From contig NZ_BCZP01000027.1 of NCBI RefSeq assembly GCF_001598795.1, positions 30,001 to 62,000 of the forward strand: a DNA stretch of 32,000 bases, written 5' to 3'. Source of the stretch: Delftia acidovorans NBRC 14950 (GTDB lineage Bacteria; Pseudomonadota; Gammaproteobacteria; Burkholderiales; Burkholderiaceae_C). The position numbers were made by a program, and so were the translations under genes. Positions 8,761 to 16,630 of this stretch are shown here, piece after piece (position 1 is the first letter of the stretch; every line of letters begins with the position of its first letter). The notes below the pieces were generated by a model. The model was not told the DNA's origin, made no database searches, and was given only the letters and a program-made list of their open reading frames with translations.

Positions 8761-10856
8761 AATCCCTGCAACGCTTTTTCGGCAGGCACAGCGATGTGGC
8801 CATGGTCCTGCTGGTGCTCGGTGTGCTGGTGGTGCTGTTTGCGCCCATCCCCAGCGGACTGCTGGATTTCCTGATCCTGACCAACTTCAGCTTCGCCTTC
8901 CTGATCCTTCTGCTGACCTTCTACATGGCCAGGCCGGTGGAGTTTTCCACCTTTCCGTCCCTGCTGCTGATCGCCACCTTGTTCCGGCTATCGCTCAATG
9001 TGGCGGCCACGCGGCTGATCCTGTCGGATGGAGACGCCGGACGTGTCATCGGCGCCATTGGCGCCTATGTGGTGGGGGGCAACTATGTGATCGGCCTCAT
9101 CGTCTTCCTCATCCTCATCGTGGTGCAGTACGTCGTGGTCACGAACGGCGCGCAGCGCATCTCGGAAGTGGCGGCGCGATTCACGCTGGACAGCATGCCG
9201 GGGCAGCAGATGAGCATCGATGCCGACCTGAACATGGGCTTCATCGACCAGGCAGAGGCACAACGGCGCCGCAAGAACATCGAGAAGGAAGCCGGCTTCT
9301 ATGGCGCCATGGATGGCGCGAGCAAATTCGTCAAGGGCGATGCCATCGCGGGCATCATCATCTTGCTGATCAACATCATCGGCGGCCTGGTCATCGGGGT
9401 GATGCAGCACAAGCTGCCATGGGCGCAGGCCCTCAAGACCTATTCACTGCTGACCATAGGCGATGGCATCGTCACCCAGGTCCCGGCGCTGATCATTGCC
9501 GTGGGCACCGGCATCATCGTGACGCGCTCGGCCTCGGACGGCAACCTGAGCCAGGAGGTGCTGCGCCAGATCACCTCCTTCCCCAAGACGCTGCTGCTGG
9601 TGGGTGCCGCGCTGACCGGCCTGCTGTTCTTTCCAGGAATTCCAGCCCTGCCGACTTTGGTGCTGATCGCTGTCGTTGCCGCAGTGGCGTGGGTGGTCTA
9701 CCGCAACGCCAGCAACTCCGCCGAGGATGGCACGGCGCCGGCCGATGCGCAGGATGCCGCACAGCCAGCCGATGCGGCACAGAAAGGGGAGGATGACCCC
9801 TATGCGTCGCTGCAGGTGGAGCCCATCGAAGTCCATGTGGGCAGCGAGTGGGCGGCCCTGGTCAGCCAGCCCGGCAGTGTCCTCATGGATCGCATTGCCA
9901 CCTTCCGCAAGCAGCATGCCCAGGACCTGGGCCTGGTCCTGCCGCGCGTGCGCTTCAAGGACGTTGCGCGGCTGGGGCAGGACCGGTACGAGATCCATAT
10001 CGACGGCGTGGTGTGCGGGCGTGGCGAGGCGCGGGCCGACCGCCTGCTGGCCATCCATCCGACCGGCAGGACCGATGGAATGCCCGGGGAGCCCACGCGG
10101 GACCCGACCTACGGCCTGCCCGCACTCTGGATCGAGGAGCACCAGCGCGCCGCCGCCACGGTCGCCAAGTTCACGCTGGTGGACGCGCCCACTGTCTTCA
10201 TGACGCATCTGACGGAAGTGCTGCGACGCGAATCGGCCACGCTGCTGACGCGGGCCGAGGTGGACCGGCTGCTCAATCGCGTGCGCCAGAACCAGGCCAG
10301 CCTGGTGGAAGAGTTGATTCCGACCGTGCTGTCCGTCAGTGACGTACAGCGTGTGCTGCAGAACCTGTTGCGCGAGAAGGTGTCGATACGGCATGTGGAA
10401 GCCATCCTGGAAACCTTGGCGGATGCCGGACGCCAGACCAAGGACGTACTGCATCTGACCGAGATGGTGCGTCTGCGCCTGGGTCACGCCATCTGCCAGG
10501 GGCTGGCGGGCGAAGGCGCCGCCCTGCATGTCATCACGCTCGACCCGGCCATAGAAAGCCAGCTGCTGCAAGGCCTGCAGTCCGCGCAGGCCGGCCTGCG
10601 CGCCGACGACGGCGCGGCCGCCCCGGCGTCCTTCGCGCTGGAGCCCAAGCTGGCTGAACAAATGATGCTCAAGCTCATGCAGCAGACCGAGCGGATGATG
10701 AAAAGCAATCTGCTTCCCGTGCTGTTGTGCGCCCCCGAGCTGCGCCGGCATGTACGCCTGCTGTCCGAGCGGATGATGCCCCACCTGCGGGTGCTGTCCA
10801 TGGCCGAGGTGCCCCAGGCCATCGAGCTCAAGTCCTATGCCGTCGTGAGCCTCTAG
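8757..10856 (+). CDS. flhA: Flagellar export gate protein FlhA
   Basis: 699 aa with conserved FlhA/SctV segments (FPSLLLIATLFRLSLNVAATRLIL, MPGQQMSIDADLN, GAMDGASKFVKGDAIAGIII) and a large cytoplasmic C-domain. ATGA overlap with flhB. Confidence 0.95.
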   Translation: MKSLQRFFGRHSDVAMVLLVLGVLVVLFAPIPSGLLDFLILTNFSFAFLILLLTFYMARPVEFSTFPSLLLIATLFRLSLNVAATRLILSDGDAGRVIGAIGAYVVGGNYVIGLIVFLILIVVQYVVVTNGAQRISEVAARFTLDSMPGQQMSIDADLNMGFIDQAEAQRRRKNIEKEAGFYGAMDGASKFVKGDAIAGIIILLINIIGGLVIGVMQHKLPWAQALKTYSLLTIGDGIVTQVPALIIAVGTGIIVTRSASDGNLSQEVLRQITSFPKTLLLVGAALTGLLFFPGIPALPTLVLIAVVAAVAWVVYRNASNSAEDGTAPADAQDAAQPADAAQKGEDDPYASLQVEPIEVHVGSEWAALVSQPGSVLMDRIATFRKQHAQDLGLVLPRVRFKDVARLGQDRYEIHIDGVVCGRGEARADRLLAIHPTGRTDGMPGEPTRDPTYGLPALWIEEHQRAAATVAKFTLVDAPTVFMTHLTEVLRRESATLLTRAEVDRLLNRVRQNQASLVEELIPTVLSVSDVQRVLQNLLREKVSIRHVEAILETLADAGRQTKDVLHLTEMVRLRLGHAICQGLAGEGAALHVITLDPAIESQLLQGLQSAQAGLRADDGAAAPASFALEPKLAEQMMLKLMQQTERMMKSNLLPVLLCAPELRRHVRLLSERMMPHLRVLSMAEVPQAIELKSYAVVSL

Positions 10857-10893
10857 CGGCACGCATCCTCCCATTCCCATTGCTCCCCAGACC

Positions 10894-11682
10894 ATGCAAG
10901 AAGTACTCGCCCTCGCGCTGCAATCCATGCAGCAGGACATGCAGCGACTGGACCGGACAGGCCTGAACCTGGCCAATGCCCTGACGCCGGGCTACCAGCG
11001 CGAGGTTGTCTCGGCGCGGCCTTTGCGGCTGGGCACTCCCTCGTTTGCCGCGATGGTCGGCACGGCAGCCGCCGCCGCCGTCGCCGAGAACGCGCCGGCT
11101 GTGTCACCCCATGCGCCTGCTGCCGGTCTGCTGGTGCAGACCGACCACCGTCCCGGCACGCTTCGCTCCACGGGGCAGAACCTGGATGTCGCCCTGGCTG
11201 GCGCAGGCTATTTCGAGGTGAGCACGCCCGGTGGACCGGCCTACACGCGCCAGGGCAATTTCAGGCTCGACGCACAGGGGCGCCTGGTCACCGCCCAGGG
11301 CCATGCCGTCATGGGGCGAGGTGGCGAGATCCTCCTTCAGTCAAGCCAGGTGCGCATCGATGCCCAGGGAAACATCTTCGACGGGGATGGGGTGGGCCGC
11401 ACGGACAGACCCGTCGCGCAGTTGAAGGTGGTCGAGATGCCGCAGCCCTCGCAACTGCGGCGCCTGGGCGAAGGTCTCATGTCCATCGATGGCCAGCCCG
11501 GACAGCTTGCCGATGCCGATATCCGCATACAGCAGGGCTTTGTCGAGAACTCCAACGTCAGCTCCATGCACGAGATGGTGCAACTGATGCAGACCATGCG
11601 GCATTTCGAGTCCATGCAGAAGGTGGCGCTGGGCTATGACGAGATGACCGGCCAGGCCATACGCAAGCTGGGAGAACTGTGA
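10894..11682 (+). CDS. flgF: Flagellar proximal rod protein FlgF
   Basis: 262 aa. N-terminal rod motif (LNLANALTPGYQRE) and C-terminal rod motif (GFVENSNVSSMHEMVQLMQTMRHFESMQK). Lies directly upstream of flgG. Confidence 0.8.
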   Translation: MQEVLALALQSMQQDMQRLDRTGLNLANALTPGYQREVVSARPLRLGTPSFAAMVGTAAAAAVAENAPAVSPHAPAAGLLVQTDHRPGTLRSTGQNLDVALAGAGYFEVSTPGGPAYTRQGNFRLDAQGRLVTAQGHAVMGRGGEILLQSSQVRIDAQGNIFDGDGVGRTDRPVAQLKVVEMPQPSQLRRLGEGLMSIDGQPGQLADADIRIQQGFVENSNVSSMHEMVQLMQTMRHFESMQKVALGYDEMTGQAIRKLGEL

Positions 11683-11807
11683 TGGCACATCTTCGCTGCG
11701 GTTGTTCCGCCTGCTTCGGCAGCCCGGACTCCGGCAAGCATCCGTTTTGCAAGACGCGCCAGGTCATTGCACCTGGCCAATTTCTGGAGGCAGATTTCCA
11801 TGTATGA
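11682..11807 (+). CDS. Possible 41-aa Cys-rich mini-ORF between flgF and flgG (speculative)
   Basis: My translation is MAHLRCGCSACFGSPDSGKHPFCKTRQVIAPGQFLEADFHV. The ATG overlaps the flgF stop (TGATG) and the stop overlaps the first codons of flgG. The third-position G/C bias is coding-like in the first two thirds. Confidence 0.2.
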   Translation: MAHLRCGCSACFGSPDSGKHPFCKTRQVIAPGQFLEADFHV

Positions 11808-12594
11808 CGCTTTGTACATCGGCGCGACCGGCATGCAGGCGCAGCAGCTCAACGTCGAGACCATCGCCAGCAATCTGGCCAACGTCAACACGGCAGGCTA
11901 CAAGCGGTCGCGGGTCAGCTTCTCCGATCTGGTCGCCCTGGATCCGGCACGCCGCACGGCGGCCCTGGCCGGGCCCGACGCGGGCCTGCTTGCGCCGGTG
12001 ATGCGCATGGGCGCCGGGGTGGGCGTGGCGGGCATCTCCAAGCTCTTCGACGCAGGCGATATCAAGAAGACCGACCTGCCCATGGACATCATCGTTCAGG
12101 GTGAAGGTTTCTTCGAGGTACAGACACCCGATGGAACTCCCGCGTACACACGCGGCGGCACCTGGACGGTCAACCGGGACGGCAACCTGGCCACATCCGC
12201 AGGCCTGGCCCTGAAGCCGGCAATCGCGGTTCCAGACGATGTGCAGGCGCTGGTTGTGCAGCCCGATGGACGCGTGCAGGCACGCGTGGCCGGGCAGCAA
12301 AGCCTTGCGGACCTGGGCAAGATCGATCTGGTCCGCTTTGCCAATCCCCAGGGCCTGGCTGCGCAGGGCGACAACCTGTACCGCAGCAGTGCCGCGTCGG
12401 GCGAGGCACTGCTGGTGCGTCCGGGCGAAGAGGGCGCGGGCCACATTGCGCAGGGCTACCTGGAGGCCTCCAACGTGAAGATGGTGGACGAGATGGTCAA
12501 CCTGATGCTGGCCCAGCGCACCTATGAGGCCAACACCAAGATCGTCCAGGCCGCCGACGACATGATGGGCATGGTCAACGGACTGCGGCGATGA
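11800..12594 (+). CDS. flgG: Flagellar distal rod protein FlgG
   Basis: MYDALYIGATGMQAQQLNVETIASNLANVNTAGYKRSRVSF at the N-terminus and GYLEASNVKMVDEMVNLMLAQRTYEANTKIVQAADDMM at the C-terminus closely parallel FlgG. ATG 11800 is preceded by GGAGG. Confidence 0.92.
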   Translation: MYDALYIGATGMQAQQLNVETIASNLANVNTAGYKRSRVSFSDLVALDPARRTAALAGPDAGLLAPVMRMGAGVGVAGISKLFDAGDIKKTDLPMDIIVQGEGFFEVQTPDGTPAYTRGGTWTVNRDGNLATSAGLALKPAIAVPDDVQALVVQPDGRVQARVAGQQSLADLGKIDLVRFANPQGLAAQGDNLYRSSAASGEALLVRPGEEGAGHIAQGYLEASNVKMVDEMVNLMLAQRTYEANTKIVQAADDMMGMVNGLRR

Positions 12595-13631
12595 GGCGGA
12601 TGCAGGCTCTCTTGCCCGTGGCCGCGCTGGCGACTGCGTGCTGCGCTCCCGCCTGGGCGGTGCCTGCGCAGGCGTGGCTGCGCGTTGAGCTGCGTCCTCA
12701 GGTGACGGTGCAGCATTCCAGCGTGCGGCTTGCAGACATTGCGGTGCTGACCAGCTCCGACCTGGGCATGCTGCGCCGCGCGCTGGCCATACCGCTGGGA
12801 CAGGCTCCGCGCCCGGGAGAAAGCGCCGTGCTGGAAAGCGAGCGGCTGGGCTACTGGCTCAGAAGCCGCACAGGACTCAGAGAGGACCAGATCGACTGGC
12901 GCGGGCCCCGCCAGACGGCCATCGTCACGGCCGTGCAGGAGATTGCGGGCGAGCAGGTGGCTGCCCAGGCGCAGGCTGCACTGGCCGAACACCTGCGGTC
13001 AATGGCCCGGCAAAAGGGCCTGGTCCTTTCACGCCTGGACATCGATCCTGTGGCCCTGCCCTTGTCCCTGGAGGTGCCTGTGCAGGGGCGGCGCCTGCAG
13101 GTGCGGCCCCTGAACGCGACACGGATGGGCCCGCGCATGCTGGTCTGGGTCGATGTGTTCTCGGGTGATCGCCATGTGCGGGCCATTCCCGTGCGATTCG
13201 AGGTGGCTGCCTTTGCCCGGCTTCCCGTCGCCTCGCATGCCATGCCGGCCGGCTCGCCCGTGCAGGCCGACGGCATGGAAATGCGCGAGATCGATGTGAC
13301 CGCAATGCTAGGCCTGTCCGGCCTGTCCGCCTTGCCCGGGGGCGTTCAGGTGGATGCATCGGCTGGAGCCGATGCAGACCCGCCCGTGCTGCGCCGCGCG
13401 CTGCAGGCAGGTGACGTCGTTTCTGCAGACAGCCTGCTGGCCAGGCCTGCCGTGGTGCGGGGTGAATGGGCCAGCCTGGTGACGCGCCAGGGACCGCTGT
13501 CGCTGGAGAGCCGGGTGGAAGTCCTGCAGGACGGACAGCCCGGGCAGATCGTGCGTGCCAGGCCGGCCAATGCGACGGGGGTGCTGTCCGTCCGCGTGGT
13601 GGGCCGGGGCCAGTTGGAGTTGCAACCATGA
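12591..13631 (+). CDS. flgA: P-ring assembly chaperone FlgA (unusually long)
   Basis: Signal peptide MRRMQALLPVAALATACCAPAWA; SAF-like segment VRLADIAVL; C-terminal GDVVSADSLLARPAVVRGEWASLV...GQIVRARPANATGVLSVRVVGRGQLEL resembles FlgA. Sits between flgG and flgH. At 346 aa it is longer than usual. Confidence 0.65.
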   Translation: MRRMQALLPVAALATACCAPAWAVPAQAWLRVELRPQVTVQHSSVRLADIAVLTSSDLGMLRRALAIPLGQAPRPGESAVLESERLGYWLRSRTGLREDQIDWRGPRQTAIVTAVQEIAGEQVAAQAQAALAEHLRSMARQKGLVLSRLDIDPVALPLSLEVPVQGRRLQVRPLNATRMGPRMLVWVDVFSGDRHVRAIPVRFEVAAFARLPVASHAMPAGSPVQADGMEMREIDVTAMLGLSGLSALPGGVQVDASAGADADPPVLRRALQAGDVVSADSLLARPAVVRGEWASLVTRQGPLSLESRVEVLQDGQPGQIVRARPANATGVLSVRVVGRGQLELQP

Positions 13632-14227
13632 CGACGGCAATCAAGATGACGGTGAAAGCCAGGGCCGCAGTCCTGGCGTGGGCCATGGCAGCACCGCTGG
13701 GTGCGCTGCATGCCGAGAGCCTGTTCCAGGAGCAGACCTTCAGGCCCTTGATGGCCGACAACAAGGCATTTCGCGTGGGAGACGTGCTGACCGTGCAGGT
13801 GTTCGAGAACTCCAGCGCAACCACCTCGGCCGATACGGGCACGCGCCGCCGCAACGCCTTGTCTGCCGACCTTTCCCACGGCAGCGGCAGCGTGGCACAG
13901 ACGGCAGCGGGCCTGGGTGGCACCTTCGACGGCGGCGGACGCACCCAGCGCACCAACCGCGTGCTGGCCACGCTCACGGTTTCCGTGCAGGAGGTGCTGG
14001 CCAACGGCGACCTGCTGGTGGGCGGGGAGCAGACGCTGACCGTGAACGAAGAGCCGCAGAAAGTGACCCTGCAGGGGCGGGTCCGCCCGCTGGACATCTC
14101 GGATGGCAACGTGGTGCTGTCCACGCGCCTGGCCGACGCGCGCATCAGCTACGTGGGCGAGGGCGATCTTGCCGAGCGCAGCCGCCGCCCCTGGTGGCGC
14201 AGCCTTCTGGACAACCTGGGGCTTTGA
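13628..14227 (+). CDS. flgH: L-ring protein FlgH (no lipobox cysteine)
   Basis: 199 aa from ATG 13628 (ATGA overlap with flgA). LFQEQTFRPLMADNKAFRVGDVLTVQVFENSSATTSADTGTRR and LQGRVRPLDISDGNVVLSTRLADARISYVGEG match FlgH. The protein contains no Cys at all. Confidence 0.85.
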   Translation: MTTAIKMTVKARAAVLAWAMAAPLGALHAESLFQEQTFRPLMADNKAFRVGDVLTVQVFENSSATTSADTGTRRRNALSADLSHGSGSVAQTAAGLGGTFDGGGRTQRTNRVLATLTVSVQEVLANGDLLVGGEQTLTVNEEPQKVTLQGRVRPLDISDGNVVLSTRLADARISYVGEGDLAERSRRPWWRSLLDNLGL

Positions 14228-14228
14228 C

Positions 14229-15365
14229 ATGGCGTATTGCATGAAGAATTTGTGGAGCTGCGTGCTGGGCGCTGCATTGCTGGCGGGCTTGCAGATTCCC
14301 CTGAGCGCACAGGCCGAAAGCGTGCGCGTCAAGGACCTCGGAAAACTGCAGGGCTGGCGCGAGAACGCCCTGGTGGGCACGGGCATCGTCACGGGCCTGG
14401 CGGGCACGGGCGACTCCGCCTCCAGCCGGGGTGCGCGCCAGGCGCTGTCCAACGCCATGTCGCAGTTCAACCTGAATATTCCCCCGGAGCAGATCCAGAG
14501 CCGCAACGTGGCCGTCGTCATGGTCAGTGCCGCGCTGTCGCCCTTCTCCCGCGAGGGCGATACGCTGGACGTGACCGTCACCTCGGTGGGCGACGCGCGC
14601 AGCCTGGTCGGCGGCAGCCTCATGCTCATGCCGCTCAAGGCGGCCAACGGCCGCATCTACGCACTGGCCCAGGGGGCCTTGTCGGTGGGCGGCTACCGAT
14701 ATGACGCCAACGGCAACGTGGTCCAGAAGAACCACCCCACCGTCGGCTCCATTCCTGGCGGGGCGACGGTCGAGGTCGGCGTCACCGCACAGGTGGTATC
14801 GCAGGACAACCGCATGACCTTCGTGCTCAACGAGCCCGACTACACCACGGCCGACCGGGTCGCCGAGGCCATCAACCGCCAGTTCGGCGACTCGCTCGCC
14901 CAGGCGCGCGATGCCTCCGGCATCGACCTGTTCGTGCCCGAAGGGCAGCGGCGCCGGCTGGTGTCCTTCGTCTCGCGGCTGGAGTCGGTCTTCGTCGAAC
15001 CTGACCGGCGCGCCAAGGTCGTGATCAACGAGCGCACCGGCACCGTGGTATCGGGTGGGGATGTGCAGATATCCAAGGTCGCCATCTCGCATGGAGACCT
15101 GAAGCTGTCCATTCGCAATGAGGTCACTGCCTCGCAGCCCGGCTTCATCGGCGTGGCAGGCGATGGCGTGCGCACGGCGCTGGTGACGAACACCCGCGTG
15201 GATGTGGAAGAGCGTCAGGTGCCGGGCTTCGTGTCGGGCAGCACCACGGTGGCCGACCTGGTCCAGTCCCTGGTGAGCCTCAAGACCAATACGCGCGACA
15301 TCATTTCCATTCTCCGGGCCGTCAAGGCCGCCGGCGCCCTGCACGCCGAGCTGATCGTCCAGTAA
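14229..15365 (+). CDS. flgI: P-ring protein FlgI
   Basis: Signal peptide followed by VRVKDLGKLQGWRENALVGTGIVTGLAGTGDS, and C-terminus DIISILRAVKAAGALHAELIVQ, both typical of FlgI. An alternative ATG lies at 14241. Confidence 0.92.
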   Translation: MAYCMKNLWSCVLGAALLAGLQIPLSAQAESVRVKDLGKLQGWRENALVGTGIVTGLAGTGDSASSRGARQALSNAMSQFNLNIPPEQIQSRNVAVVMVSAALSPFSREGDTLDVTVTSVGDARSLVGGSLMLMPLKAANGRIYALAQGALSVGGYRYDANGNVVQKNHPTVGSIPGGATVEVGVTAQVVSQDNRMTFVLNEPDYTTADRVAEAINRQFGDSLAQARDASGIDLFVPEGQRRRLVSFVSRLESVFVEPDRRAKVVINERTGTVVSGGDVQISKVAISHGDLKLSIRNEVTASQPGFIGVAGDGVRTALVTNTRVDVEERQVPGFVSGSTTVADLVQSLVSLKTNTRDIISILRAVKAAGALHAELIVQ

Positions 15366-15389
15366 ACATTTTCCAGGAGGGAGCACCCA

Positions 15390-15782
15390 ATGACCCAGGC
15401 AATCGAGGCCGTCACCGTGGCCAGCCTGTCCATGGCGCTGGATGCGGCATCGCTGCGCCACCAGGCCATCGCACGCAACATCGCCAATGCCGGCACCCAG
15501 GGCTACGTCCCGGTACAGGCGAGCTTCTCCGGGCAGATGCAGGAAGCACGGCGTCAGCTGGACCAGGGCCAGCTGTTGAGCACGGCGCAAGTCGATGCCA
15601 TGGCGCAGGAGAGCCTGCGCCTGGAGCCCCGGCGCGATGCGACGGGCCTGCCAGCCAGCGTGCAGCTGGACTCCGAGGTGGCCCAGATGGCGCACAACGC
15701 CGTCCACTACCAGGCCCTGCTCAAGGGCCTGTCGCAACACATGTCGCTTTTGTCATCCGCCGTCTCTGACGGCAAGCGTTGA
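15390..15782 (+). CDS. flgB: Flagellar rod protein FlgB
   Basis: 130 aa; LRHQAIARNIANAGTQGYVP rod N-terminal motif. Strong RBS AGGAGGGA. Position upstream of flgC. Confidence 0.8.
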   Translation: MTQAIEAVTVASLSMALDAASLRHQAIARNIANAGTQGYVPVQASFSGQMQEARRQLDQGQLLSTAQVDAMAQESLRLEPRRDATGLPASVQLDSEVAQMAHNAVHYQALLKGLSQHMSLLSSAVSDGKR

Positions 15783-15793
15783 GGAACCTTCGC

Positions 15794-16210
15794 ATGGACT
15801 ATTCACAAGCCTTCGCCATCAGCGCCAGCGGCATGACGCTGGAGCGCACCCGTGTCGAGGTCGCGTCGCTGAACCTGGCCAATGCCAACACCGTGGCAGG
15901 CACCGACGGCAAGCTCTTCCAGCCGCTGCGCGTCGTGGCGCGCACCTCCTTCTCGGAAACCGTGGCCCAGGGGCTGGCAGCGAATCCCGTGGTCTCGCTG
16001 GAGCCTACGCAGCAGCCGGCGCGCATGGTGTATGAGCCAGGCCATCCCATGGCCGACGCGCGCGGCTTTGTCTCCTATGCCGGCGTGGATACCGCCACGG
16101 AAATGGTCACCATGATGAGTGCCATGCGCGCCTACGAGGCCAATGTGGCCGCGATGAACACGGCTCGCAGCATGGCGCAGAAGGCGCTGGCCATCGGAGG
16201 TGGCGCATGA
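15794..16210 (+). CDS. flgC: Flagellar rod protein FlgC
   Basis: MDYSQAFAISASGMTLERTRVEVASLNLANANT at the N-terminus and EMVTMMSAMRAYEANVAAMNTARSMAQKAL at the C-terminus. ATG 15794 follows GAGGAA. Confidence 0.9.
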   Translation: MDYSQAFAISASGMTLERTRVEVASLNLANANTVAGTDGKLFQPLRVVARTSFSETVAQGLAANPVVSLEPTQQPARMVYEPGHPMADARGFVSYAGVDTATEMVTMMSAMRAYEANVAAMNTARSMAQKALAIGGGA

Positions 16211-16545
16211 GCACCGAAGCCCTGGGCGCGGTGTCCGCAGCCCTTTCCTCGATCGCCGAGCCTTCGCTGGCCCCTTTGCAAGGCGCCATGCATGCAGGGG
16301 ACGCTGGTGCGTCCGGTACCACCGGTGCCGGCTTTTCCAGCATGGTCACGCAGGGCCTGCAGCAGGTCAACGGACAACTGCTGGCCAGCCAGGCGGACTT
16401 GCAGCAGCTGTCCGTGGGCAATGTGCAGAACCTGCACCAGGTCATGATCCGCCTCGAGGAAAGCCGGCTGGCGTTCCAGCTGACCATGCAGGTGCGAAAC
16501 CGCCTGCTGGAGTCCTACCAGGACGTCATGAGGATGCAGGTGTAG
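16207..16545 (+). CDS. fliE: Flagellar MS-ring/rod adaptor FliE
   Basis: 112 aa. C-terminus LHQVMIRLEESRLAFQLTMQVRNRLLESYQDVMRMQV matches the FliE signature. ATGA overlap with flgC. Confidence 0.85.
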   Translation: MSTEALGAVSAALSSIAEPSLAPLQGAMHAGDAGASGTTGAGFSSMVTQGLQQVNGQLLASQADLQQLSVGNVQNLHQVMIRLEESRLAFQLTMQVRNRLLESYQDVMRMQV

Positions 16546-16630
16546 CCGTCCCTGGGCAGCGCAGGCAGCAGGCTTGCGCGCGCCCCGGATCACACCGCTG
16601 AACTTCGCAACGCATCAAGAGCAAAAACAC

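Noticed and set aside
11517-11524. GCCGATAT (and GCCGATAC at 13838), resembling the sigma-28 -10 element GCCGATAA
   Set aside because: Both lie inside coding sequence with no TAAA -35 element about 15 bp upstream. They are most likely chance occurrences in GC-rich DNA.
11683-11700. Sigma-54-like TGGCAC...GCTG element at the start of the flgF-flgG spacer
   Set aside because: The GG-to-GC spacing is 9 nt rather than 10, and the -12 TTGC element is absent. No enhancer-binding protein gene is present in the window.
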